The position numbers were made by a program, and so were the translations under genes. Of a stretch of 64,000 nt of DNA, positions 51,987-63,980 are shown in pieces. A model generated the notes under the pieces. That model made no database searches. It had not been told where the DNA came from and was given only the letters and a program-made list of their open reading frames with translations. The DNA is from Centroscyllium fabricii. Taxonomy: Eukaryota. Location of the stretch: the NCBI GenBank assembly GCA_051313645.2, contig JBNRSN020000069.1, positions 372,001 to 436,000 on the forward strand, written 5' to 3'. Each line of letters starts with the position of its first letter. The stretch's first letter is position 1.

Positions 51987-52615
51987 ATGCCTTGGAGGCG
52001 GTGCAACAAAGGTTCACTAGATTGATTCCTGGGATGAGAGGGTTGTCTTATGAGGAGCGATTGAGTCGAGTGGGCCTATACGCTCTGGAGTTTAGAAGAA
52101 TGAGAGGTGATCTCATTGAAACTTCTCCCTTCTCCCTCAGCATCGGAAATCTCGGATCCGTGGGCATCTCCCGTGCGTTCATCGCACGGGGCATTTTGGA
52201 CCCGTTCGTGCGTGGGCATCTGGTGCGAGGCACCCGGAATTCTGGCTCATAAGATTCGGAGGGAGATTGACAGGGTAGATGCTGAGAGGTTGTTTCTCCT
52301 GGCCGGAGAGTCCAGGACTAGGGGGGCATAGACTCAGGATAAGGGGTCGGCCATTTAAGACTGAACGAGGAGGAATTTCTTCACTCAGAGGGTTGTGAAA
52401 CTTTGGAATTCTCTGCCCCAAAGGGCTGTGGAGCTGAGTCTTTGAGTATATTCAAGAATGAGATAGACAGATTTTTGGACTCGAGGGGAATCAAGAGATA
52501 TGGGGATCGGGTGGGAAAGTGGAGATGAGGTTGAAGATCAGCCTTGATCTTGTTGAATGGCGGAGCAGGTTCGAGGGGCCGTGTGGCCCACACCTGCTCT
52601 TAATTCTTATGCTCT
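51987..52615 (+). mobile_element. CR1 3' fragment with a ~125-bp foreign insert
   Basis: ALEAVQQRFTRLIPGMRGLSYEERL...RRMRGDLIET; 3' tail. Confidence 0.9.
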
Positions 52616-53054
52616 TAAGTTGTTGTCTGTATCCATCACACTTCAGGTGTCACACTGAAATAAAAGTGTTAAAAAAGAGTTGGTCTGACCTCGAATTGAC
52701 CTGAGCATCTGCTAAGATCAATGAGCCTCTAATTGAACTAAACAAACGCAGCAACTATACCGTGTGGCGTTAGAGGGGCACACTTGGCTGTAAACAGCAA
52801 CATTTTAAGAGCAGAATCATACATTGCGTGTTACATGGTATAATGTTCCTTTCCATCTAAAACAACATATCCTTCAATCTACCATGCACTGTGCCATGGG
52901 AGATCCACTAGTAATTGAAAAGAACTGATGGGATTGTCACTCATTTCTATTACTAGAAGCATAAGGAACATAAAATATTGTTTACATTTGTGTTTGATGT
53001 GCTGGCTAGGCACTAGTTGTAGTTTGCTGCAGTGAGGAACATGGGAACATGAGG

Positions 53055-53990
53055 GACAGAAGTAGGCCATTCAGCCCTCGACTCTGCTCCGCTATTCAAT
53101 TAGATCGTAGCTAATCCACACCTAAACTCCATTTACTCATATTTGCTCCATTTCTCTTGATACCCTTATCAAACAAAAATATGTCTATCTCAGTCAAGAA
53201 AACTCGAATCGTCCCAGCATCCACAGCCTTTTGGGGGAGAGAGTTCCGGATTTCCACTACCCTTTGTGTGATGAAGTGTCTCCTGATTTAGCTCCTGAAT
53301 GGCCTGGTTATAAATCTTATGATCCATGAGGAATGACTCATGAAATAACACTGGACGGCCAGCTGGTGGCACCATCCAAGGAGTATAAATACTCGGGCGT
53401 GGGCCCAGCTTGCCCAGGGACATTTTGGAAACAGGAACTAGTGAACGATAACTAGACCTCCATGTTTTTGAAACAAGTTGATTAAAGCCTTGCTTTATGC
53501 TCAAACCAAGTGCGTAGTGAGTTTTCGTACATCAGGCCTAACTCTAATTTTAATATTATGTCCCTTTGTTCTTGATCATGTGGGTTTCCTCCGGGTACTC
53601 CGGTTTCCTCCCACCACCCAAAGACATGCAGGTTAGGTGAATTGGAGATACTAAAAATTGCCCATGAGTATGTGTGTGAGATATAGTTCTTAGAGTTGGA
53701 GGTGCCGGGGGATATGGGGAGAGGGTAGGAGGGGGGTGCTGGATTTGGATGATCAGCCATGATCTCATCAAAATGGCAGAGCAGGCTCGAAGGGCCAAAA
53801 GGCCGACTCCTGCTCCTATCTTCTGTGTTTCTGTGATCTACCCTACCCGAGGAAATAATTTGTCTGCATCAGCCCTATCAAATTCTTTTAACATTTGTAA
53901 CAGATCAATTAGTTCACCCCTCAGTCTTCTATACCCAAAGGAATACAAGCCACGTTTATGCAACCTGTCCTCTTAATTCCACCCTCAAAG
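53055..53990 (-). mobile_element. Degraded CR1 3' fragment with a nested LTR and a 5'-truncated V-SINE (53578-53835, plus strand)
   Basis: gaacatgg/gaacatga tail; CR1 sequence resumes after each insertion. Confidence 0.75.
53305..53534 (+). mobile_element. Solo LTR
   Basis: TG...CA ends, TATAAATA, ATTAAA, 4-bp TSD GGCC inside CR1. Confidence 0.75.
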
Positions 53991-54205
53991 CCCAGCTGCA
54001 CAGTCACCTTTTCCAGTTGGTCTTCTTACTGATATCAAACCTCTGATTGCTGAGAAATCAGCATGGCTATCATTGGCTGGATGATACTGCATGGATCTCA
54101 TTGGGTAGCATGGAAATGACACACTGATTTGATGCCAAACATTCAGCATAATTGGGGAACAAATGAATCTACTTCCTCAGTTAGCACACTTCTTCCTTCA
54201 CAGGT

Positions 54206-54605
54206 CGGCTCGGTGGCTTAGTGGTTAGGACTGTTGCCTCACAGCACTGGAGACCCGGGTTCAAATCCAGCCTCGGGTACTATCTGTGTGGAGTTTGCAC
54301 ATTCTCCCCGTGTCTGCGTGGGTTTCCGCCGGGTGCTCCGGTTTCCTCCCACAGTCCAAAGATGTACGGGTTAGGTTGATTGGCCATGATAAATTGACCC
54401 TTAGTGTTAGGGGGATTGAATATGTGGGGTTACGGAGATAGGGTGGGATATGTGTCGGTGCAGGCTCGATAGGGATATGGGGGGAGGGCAGGGACAGGGT
54501 ACTGGGTTTGGATGATCAGCCATGATCTCATTGAATGGCGGAGCAGGCTCGAAGGGCCGAATGGCCTACTCCTGCTCCTATCTTCTATGTTTCTATTTTC
54601 TATGT
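54206..54605 (+). mobile_element. HE1-type V-SINE
   Basis: Full head, V-domain and tail. Confidence 0.92.
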
Positions 54606-55204
54606 AATCGTGACCACATTAATACAACATTTTGGATCTGAATTATAACAATGGTGTATTAATGTGGTCGCAATTACCTGTGAAGGAAGAAGTATGCTGA
54701 AACAAGAATAACAAATGCATTTACAGAGAATGCGGATTTTCAGCTTAAATAAACTCGAGGATGTGGAGCATCAAGTATATGTAGAGTTTTTGTACTAATT
54801 GGTTCTTCTGCCACGCCTATCACAGATGCCTTTATGTGTGGCTGGGTTTCGGCCTCTGTTACTTCCAGTTGCCAGGTTGTAAAGGACAATTACTCTAGTG
54901 CAATAGTAATGGATACAGAATACACTCCATTTCCCAAGATGCAACATTGGCCTTGGAGCTGCAGTTTCCTGGTAACCCAGAAAATTCCTGCTGGTATGCT
55001 GAACCGATGTGCTATTGATTAGCAAAATGATGAATGGTGAGTAATAGAATTCCTTATCTAGGTTCAGGCAGGAAAGAGCAATGACATACAGAAATGTTGT
55101 ATCTGCATACTTCTATAGGCTCACAGCCTGGAACCGAGTCTACTGCCCATTGTCTGCTTTAACACAGATTACAGAGAAATATATCTGCAGATTTTCCATA
55201 CAGT

Positions 55205-56017
55205 GGGGGGTATTTTCATGTCCCCGTGAGGCGGGGTTTTTGGCGGCCCGGCCTGCAAAATAGCGGGAGCAACGGGTCCCGCCGCTCCCTGCCGGATCCC
55301 CGCCGCTTTCTCAATTTCGCCCGCCCAGATTCCCCGCCCCGAAACCTTCCCGCCGCCGACCGGCTGGGATGGGTTGTCACCTCGTTAAGGGCCCCTAATT
55401 GGCATCTTTAATGCCATTTTAAGGGCCCGCAGCCATTTTGCCCTGTTTTTCGCCCTAACCCCGTCACCTTAAACCCCGCGAGCACAGCGCTGGTCATTAC
55501 TTTTGGACTATAACCTGGTGTTGTGTGACTTCTTAAATTTATTACTTTCTTCTTTAAGGTGTGAAGGACATGCTGCCAAATGCTTGGCATATCTCCAACA
55601 CTTTAGAGGAGTAAGTAACTCTGTTCTGGCTTCAGCAGCAGCTGTTAGCAGAAACTGAGCAATCTCAGTTCTGCACAGTTCCTGACAGCTGCTGCGAGCT
55701 GTGAGGGATTCTGAGCCCGCCTGCCCACCTGTCAATCACCAGCACTTGGCCTTTCCCATTGGCTCCACTCCACTGTGATGTCACAGTGGAGTGTTTCCAT
55801 GGGAACTGACAACAACCAGTGCTGGAACTGTCAATCAAAGTGCTAGCAGCCCCCTGCAGCCGACTAGATTGATCTAATTACCTCCCGCTGTCGTCGATGG
55901 GGATTTAACAACCTAATTAAACTAAAATTGCATGGGCTTCCCAGGTCTTTCGGCAGGCAGGACCGGAAGCCGCCCAGACCAATCCCCGCCAGGTTTCCAT
56001 CCGGCAAAATCCCCCCC
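55205..56017. mobile_element. Harbinger-like MITE, same family as 1872-2665
   Basis: TIR gggggg(t)atttt / aaaatccccccc; TSD AGT; shared internal palindrome cactccactgtga(c/t)(a/g)tcacagtg. Confidence 0.75.
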
Positions 56018-56164
56018 AGTGCGTCTGTGAATCACCTTTATTTAATTAACGATTATGTTTTATATTTGTCAAATAAAAAAAAATGAATCTAGATTCATTA
56101 TTTCAAGGTACCCATGTTAACATTAGGACTGTAGTTGGCAGTTGTACAATTTCTTTTTAAAAGA

Positions 56165-56570
56165 CAACAACCGCTTGCATTTATATAGCGCCTTTAATGT
56201 AGTAAATCAGCCTAAGGTGCTTCACAGGAGCGTTATCAGACAGAATTTGAAACCGAGACACATGAGATATTCGAACAGGTGGACAAAGCTTGGCCAAAGA
56301 GGTGGGTTTTAAGGAGCGTCTTAAAGGAGGAGAGCCAGGCGGGGAGGTTCAGGGGGGATAATTCCAGGGCTCAGGGGCCCAGGCAGCTGAAGGCCTGGCC
56401 ACCAATGGTGGGAGTGATGAAAATCGAGGATGCACAAGAGGCCAGAATTGGAGGGGCGCAGAGTTCTTGGAGGGTTGTGGGGCTGGAGGAGGTTGCAGAG
56501 ATAGGGAGGGGCGGGGCCACGGAGAGATTTGAACAGACGGCTGAGAATTTTAAATTCCAGGCATTGCTGA
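56165..56570 (-). mobile_element. L2 LINE 3' fragment
   Basis: FKIL..LFKSLRGPAPPYLCNLLQP...LRPSNSG; tail ggcgctatataaatgcaag. Confidence 0.85.
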
Positions 56571-58489
56571 AAAGTACAGTAATCTGTGACGGTATTTAAT
56601 CTTGCTGGCACAAACACTCGGTGGCGGAGGCATCACAGTGCACACTAATAGCTGACACCAAATTAAAGTGCTCGAGTTGCTGTGATGTAACTCGGCCATC
56701 CTTTGACACATGTTGATGTGAATGCCGGACTGGCTACGGTAAACTCATCAGTGACAGGTTGTGACGGTGACGCATCAACTTTACACATCTGTCTGTCTCT
56801 TCAAAGTTGTCAGCGTCGGGAAAGCTTTGAATGACTGCAGTGACGGTAAATAGATCTCAAGCCTGCAGATGCCCGACTCTGAAATCATGGGATCCTTTTC
56901 CACCTTCGGTCAATTGACACATTCAGCTTAAGTATGTAATTAGTAATGCATAGATTAAAAGACAGAGAATAACACACAGCAGATAGCTAAAAAAAGGTAA
57001 ACCTGGCATGCGGAAAGTGCTTTGAAACAAAACGCACAAACTGTAAGGGCGTGAGTTTAGAATTTTCAATAAATATAAATATTTGTTGGCCACGCTTTTA
57101 GTAACAAATGGCAAGAAGTAGTTTTAATTTATAAATCATAATGTCACCTAAACAAAAAATCAATGCCATGTTTTAAGAGTGTTGCTGACTACAGTGTTAA
57201 CATTTAAGAAAAAAAAAATCACTGAACTGAAATTAAACCAAAGCCAGGCTAGACATGGTTTTGTGGGTTGTGAACAGGTACACAGTAATTTTAAGTATTT
57301 GTTGGAGCTGAGGCCTGTCATTTGAGACGTGATAAGAAATAATTTGTAATAAGAGAGCTACCTTCTTCAATTGTCTTCTGCTGAAGTGGAGAGTCCCAGT
57401 AATGATTTATTGCCCTGCTGCTTGTCTGCTGATAACTGGTCACCAAATGGCTCCTCATTACTCAAACCTCCTTCATTCCCTATAACCAAAATCTTTTCCC
57501 ATTAGTCCAGTTTTGTTCAGGGGAAATGAATGTAAGACATTCCAGTGTAAGCCCATAAACTATTTTAGTATATCTATATATATATAAAAAAGTCATAAAT
57601 AATGGGAGAAAATCTTGTTTGCCACGGCTGCTGGATCAACTGCCTCTTGGCCTTTTGATAGCATCTTTGAAATGGAAATGTCCAGCTGCCTGACCTTCTG
57701 TTCAATGACCCTTTTGTACAAAGTCAAATCACCATGGCTTCTCCGCAGCCCAATCACAGCAATTCACCTGATGGATACTTTATGCCGTTAATACCATTTA
57801 CAAAAAAAAAAATATCTAGAATATTCTACCTTCAATGATTTCATGCTTGCTCACATTGAAAGAGCTAAAATTCAATAGGACAGAAAAATGAACACGTGGA
57901 AAATCATGTTAAATGGGTACTTTTGCAATCTCCGATTAAACGTAATTCTATGGATCATAGAAACAACCACTCAAGTGGTAGAGAATTAAATGCAACTTGT
58001 AACAAGTATACCCAGCGCAGTGCGATCTTCTGCCGAGTCATGATATTGGGCCCTGTTTTCCTGTGCTCCAGAGGAGCTGCACACTCACGAAGGGGGGTCA
58101 GAAATGCCCCGTGGGGGTGTAGCACGGGGGATGCCCACGAACGGTAATTTCCTGTGCTGATGGGCAAGGCCTGTCAGCTTCCAACGCAGGAAGACCTTGC
58201 ACTGACGATTTCCTGTCAGAACGGTGATTTTTGGAGAGTGATTCCGTGTGCAACTGGCTCACAAGCTGCACACAGAAAAACTAGTAGTAAGAGGGAGAAG
58301 ATTTAGTTACTGAAGAATGTTACAGTAAATTTGCTGCACACATTTTGCAATAGCGACTTTATTGGTGTTTGTACAAGGTTTTCAGTGTCCATTAATATAC
58401 CCTGTGTGAAACCCATTGACTACCTGCAGAAGGAGTTCACAGATAATTCGTCATTATGGAAATGAGGTTGTTAAATGCCTCCCACAGAT

Positions 58490-58675
58490 ACAAAAAGAAA
58501 ACACTGCAGATGCTGGAAATCTGAAATAAAAACAGAAAATTCTGGACAAACTCAGCAGGTCAGACAGCATCTGTGAAGAGAGAAACAGAGTTAACGTTTC
58601 AGGTCGATGACCGAAAGGTTTCTTCACAGATGCTGCCTGACCTGCTGAGTATCTCCAGCATTTTCTGGTTTTATT
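58490..58675. mobile_element. Penelope-like fold-back element, family B
   Basis: ctcagcaggtcagacagcatctgtgaaga and its inverse; TSD-like tgtt(a/g)aatgcc. Confidence 0.7.
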
Positions 58676-59385
58676 TATTGTTGAATGCCACACCGTTTGA
58701 TTATTTCAGCTTCTTATTACGCACTTATGATTTGGTGAGGGAGGCTTGACTTGTTTAATTTGTAGAAGTTACAGTTCAATGGAATGTTTATTTGAGAGAG
58801 TGTGGGTGGGGGGAGCGGTGATGGTTGGCAATGATGTCAAGTTTCTCAGCGAGTGCATGAAATGATAGGGTTTGGAACAACGTGGCAAGCTGCCCAGTCT
58901 CTCAGCACAGAAAAACTGGTTCGTAATTACACTATCATTCAATCAGAAGTCTTTTGCTGCAGAGAAATCCCTAATGAAATTAGGATTCTATGCAAAGTTA
59001 ATACTGAATACAGACATTCATAAATTGGTAGATCACATCAGCACTACTTTCTATATAATCCCTCACAGTGTTATACTCAGTTAATATCCAATTTGTAAAA
59101 TCGGACTTTGGAAAGACATAAGGTTAAGGCTGGCGTGTTGTAACAGAGTCATTACATTTCTCATTCAGACACTTCATCACTCCAGCTGCCGCGTTTCATA
59201 TCTGGTTTACTTACATTTATCTGCTGTGCTCATTAAGCGATGGCCTTCAGCCAAGGGTGTGAAAACACACCTTGGATACCTGGGATGATGAGGCAGCCTT
59301 CACTGAACCATTCCATATTACAGCACCACACTGAACAACTCCACAGATCACAACTTCTTGCAGAATTAGATAATGGGGTAACATT

Positions 59386-61870
59386 CATAAGAACATAAGA
59401 AATAGGAGCAGGAGTAGACCAATCGGCCCCTCAAGCCCGCTCCGCCATTCAATAAGATCATGGCTGATCTGATCCTAACCTCAATTCTACTTTCACGCTC
59501 CATCCCGCCCCAACCCATGTGATCTCCCGGGAGAGGCGAAAAACCAAATTAAAAACCCAGTGGCCAATTTGGGAGAAAAAATCTGGGAAATTCCTCTCCG
59601 ACCCATCTAGGCAATCGAAACTTGTCCAGGAGATCACATGGCCAATCTGAACCTAGCCTCACATCCACTTACCTGCCCATTCACCGTAACCCCTAATTCC
59701 CTTTACTTCTAGGAAACTGTCTATCTCCATTTTAAATTTATTCAGTGTAGTAGCTTCCACAATTCTCTGGGGCAGCGAATTCCACAGCCCCACTACCCTC
59801 TGAGTGAAGAAGTTTCTCCTCATCTCAGTTTTAAAATGGCAGCCCCTTATTTTAAGATTATGCCCCCTAGTCCTAGTTTCACCCACCACTGGGAACATCC
59901 TCACCGCATCCACCCGATCAAGCCCCTTCACAATCTTACATGTTTCAATAAGATCACCTCTCATTCTTCTGAACTCCAATGAGTAGAGGCCCAATCTACT
60001 CAACCTCTCGTCATATATCAGCCCCCTCATCCCCGGAATTAACCTAGTGAACCTTCTTTGCACTGCCTCGAGAGCAAGTATGTCTTTTCTTAAATATGGG
60101 CACCAGAACTGCACGCAGTACTCCAGGTGTGGTCTCACCAATACCCTGTACAACTGCAGCAAGACCTCCCTGTTTTTATACTCCACCGCCTTAGCAATAA
60201 AAGCCAACATTCCGTTGGCCTTCCTGATCACCTGCTGCACCTGCATATTAACTTTTTGTGTTTCCTGCTCCAGGACCCCTAGATCCCTTTGCACTGAAGT
60301 ACTTCCCAGTTTCTTTCCATTAAGATAATAACTTGCTCTATTATATTTCCTGCCAAAGTGCATAACTTCACACTTTCCAGTATTATACTCCCGGAATAGT
60401 GCAAAGAAGGTTCACTAGGTTAATTCCGGGGATGAGGGGGCTGATATATGACGAGAGGTTGAGTAGATTGGGCCTCTACTCATTGGAGTTCAGAAGAATG
60501 AGAGGTGATCTTATTGAAACATGTAAGATTGTGAAGGGGCTTGATCGGGTGGATGCGGTGAGGATGTTCCCAGTGGTGGGTGAAACTAGGACTAGGGGGC
60601 ATAATCTTAAAATAAGGGGCTGCCATTTTAAAACTGAGATGAGGAGAAACTTCTTCACTCAGAGGGTAGTGGGGCTGTGGAATTCGCTGCCCCAGAGAAT
60701 TATGGATTGGGGTCGGAGAGGAATTTCCCGGATTTTTCCCCCAAATTGGACCTGGGTTTTTATCCGGTTTTTCGCCTCTCCCAGGAGATCACACGGTTCT
60801 TTGGGTGGGAGAAGGGTGATAGTGGTATGAAGGTTAGGGTAGGATCAGCAATGATCTTGATGGGTGGGGGGGCGGGCTCGGGGGGCCGATTGGCCTACTC
60901 CTGCTCCTAGTTCTTGTGTTCTTGTGTTCTTGTGTTCTTGTGTTCTTGTGTTCAGCCATGAACGTATTGAATGGCGGTGCAGGCTCGACGGACCGAATGG
61001 TCTACTCCTGCACCTATTTTCTATGTTTCTATGTTTCTACTCCATCTGCCAAATCTCTGCCCACTCACTTAGCCTATCTATGTCCTTTTGCAGGTTTTTA
61101 ATGTCCTCCTCACTCATCACACTCCCTCCCATCTTTGTATCATCCGCAAACTTTGATATGTTGCACTTGGTCCCTTCCTCCAAATCATTCATATAGATTG
61201 TAAAGAGTTGGGCTCCCAGCACCGACCCTTGCGGAACACTGCTAGTCACTGATTGCCAGTCTGAGAATGGACCATTTATCCCAACTCTCTGTTTTCTGTT
61301 AGAAAGCCAATCCTCCACCCATGCCAGAATATTACCCCCAATCCCATGATTTTTTATCTTGAGCAATAATCTTTTGTGTGGCACCTTGTCAAATGCCTTT
61401 TGGAAGTCTAAATACACTACATCCACTGGTTCCCTTTATCCACCCTGTATGTTACGCCCTCAAAGAACTCTAGCAAATTTGTCAAACATGACTTCCCCTT
61501 CGTAAAACCATGCTGACTTTGTCCTATTATATTATGTTTATCCAAATGTCCTGTTACTGTTTCCTTAATAATGGACTCTAACATTTTGCCAACCACAGAT
61601 GTTAGGCTAACTGGTCTATAGTTTCCAGCCTTCTGTCTACTACCCTTTTTAAATAAAGGCATTACATTAGCAGTTTTCCAATCTGCCGGGACCTTTGCCG
61701 AGTCCAGTGAGTTTTGAAAAATTAATACCAATGCATCCACAATCCCTACCGTCACTTCCCTTAATACCCTCGGATGTAAGCCATCAGGTCCAAGGATTTA
61801 TCTGCCTTAAGTCCCATTATTTTACCGAGTACTACTTCCTTAGTGACTTTAATGCTAATTAGCTCCTCCC
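59386..61870 (-). mobile_element. CR1 LINE with the RT domain and 3'UTR, frameshifted and interrupted at 60392-61037
   Basis: GNYRPVSLTSVVGK, VYLDFQKAFDKVPH, VPQGSVLG, KFADDTK, LVRPHLEYCVQFW. Confidence 0.95.
60392..61037 (+). mobile_element. Composite CR1 insert in opposite orientation with two successive 3' tails
   Basis: ORF2 end, (tgttct)n tail, then a second (tctatgtt) tail; flanked by tactcc repeats. Confidence 0.85.
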
Positions 61871-62324
61871 TCCCTAGAGCCCCATATTAACTTTTAGTTT
61901 GTAAAGATTTTCCTGTCTTCTTGAAAAATTTGGGCTGAAATTAATAGGCGTTTTATAGATATATATACATAAGTTCACATTAGAATGAGAGACTAAAGAG
62001 CACTGCTCACTCTCTGCCAGTCGAGTCCATGATTATTCTAAGCCCTGACTCTGGATTCTGGCTGCCTTTATACTACTGCTGAAAAACTGCTTCTCACCAA
62101 CGTGAAACAGCTGTGATATAAAGGCAAATTTTGACGTTTTAAAAGGAACTCCACTTATCAATCATAATGTGGTTTATTTTCTGTCCTTGCAAAAGCAGAT
62201 CAACAAGCAGCGAAAGAACAAAATGATAACTTCCAACATCACAGAATGCAGAAAGTTACAGACTAAGTATGAAAGAAAGCAAAAACTGCAACTGGAAAAT
62301 AGCACTATATCAGCTGCTATGAAA

Positions 62325-63980
62325 ACAACAACAACTTGCATTTATATAGTACCTTTGATGAAGAAAAACGGCCCAAGGCATTTCACAGAAGCCTAATCAG
62401 GTAAAAATGGACGTCAAGCTAAAGAAGGTTGTATTAGGCGGGTGATCAAAGCTGAGGCAAAGAGATGGCTTTTAAGGAGGGTCTGAGAGAGGGAGTGGTT
62501 TATGGAGTAAACTCCAGAGCATGGGGCCTAAATGGCTGAAGGCACAGCCATCAATGATGGGGCGAAAGGAGGGAGGATGCACAAGAAGCCAAAGTTGGAG
62601 GAATGTCGATTTTGGTGATTGGGGACGGGGGATTTATCTCGGACTGGAGAAGGTTACAGAGATAGTGAGGGCTGAGGCCATGATGGGATTTAAAGATGAG
62701 GATGAGAATTTTAAGTTAGAGGTATTGGGGGACTGGGAGCCAATATATGTTATCAAGCACATGGGGTAATGGGTGAACGGGAGTTAGTGCAGGATAGGAT
62801 ACGAGCAACAAAGCTTTGGATGAGCTGAAGTTTACAGAGGGCAAAGCAATGAAGGCCAGCCAGGAGAGCACTGGAATCGTTGTCTTGAAATGACAATGGG
62901 TATGGATGAGAGTTTCAGCAGTTGTCATAGGATGGCTCTTCCTCTTTAACTGGCAACTACCTTATTAGCTCTGCTTGGCAACCACCTCATTAGCTCTACT
63001 GCTCGCACCTGATTGAACAGCCCAGACTCACCGGTGACAATCAGGAGCTGTATTTAAACACCTGCTTTCTACCCAGTGGTTGCCAGATCGTTTGTGCTTT
63101 CTGACTGAGGTAACCTGTGTTTTGTTCTTAGCTCTCTTATCCTGCCTGTTTGAGCTACTGACCTGCTTTCTGGAATTTGGATTCTCTTCTGCCTGACCCC
63201 GTTTTGGATTTGTCGCTTTCGTGGACTGACTACCCGGTATTGATCTGTTTTTGGCATTTGGATTCTCTTCTGCCTGACCTCTGCTTTGGGACTTGTTGCC
63301 TCCCTGAACTTTCTGCCTATATATCGACCCACTGTTACCAGTGTCTTCTACTGCCCAGAAATAAAGTAGTTTACTTCTACATATGCTGTTTCGGTGTATT
63401 GCATTTGGGCCCAACCTACAGCCATTACAGCAGTAGATGGGCTGAGACAGGTGCAGAAACAGGAAAGGTTATGGAGGTGGAAGTGGGCGGTCTTTGTGAT
63501 GGCGAGGATATGGGATTGGAAGATCAGCTCAGAATACAATGCCAAGGTACTGAACCATCTGGTTCTACCTGAGAGACTGTGGAATAGGATGGAATTGGTA
63601 ACAAAGGTACAGAGTTTGTGGTGGGGCCTGAAGATGATGGCTTTGGTTTCCCAATGTTTAATTGGAAGAAATTATGGCTAATCCAAGACGGGATGTTAGA
63701 TAAGCAGTCTGACAACACAGAGGCAATGGCAAAGTCAAGAGGGCAGAGCTGGGTGACATTAGTGTACATGTGGAAGCTGACCCCATGTCTTCAGATGATG
63801 CGGCCAAGAAGTGGCATGAAGAACAGGAAGAGGAAGAGGAGGGGGGGGGGGCAAGGATAGATCCTTGGGGGACTCCAGAGGTAACGGTAGAAGGGTGGGA
63901 GAAGAAGCCATTGCGGGAGGTGCTCTGTCTATGATTCAACAGGGAAGAAAGAGTAAAACCAAGTGAGGCCAGCCCCACTT
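62325..63980 (-). mobile_element. Degraded L2 LINE
   Basis: VTSGVPQGSIL, CLSNIPSWISHNFFQLNIGK, ITKTAHFHLHNL; L2 tail. Confidence 0.85.
62923..63429 (+). mobile_element. Solo LTR inserted in the L2
   Basis: TGTCA...TTACA ends, TATTTAAA, AATAAA, 5-bp TSD GCAGT. Confidence 0.85.

Noticed and set aside
59659-61755. Functional reverse transcriptase gene
   Set aside because: 5'-truncated, frameshifted and interrupted CR1 ORF2.
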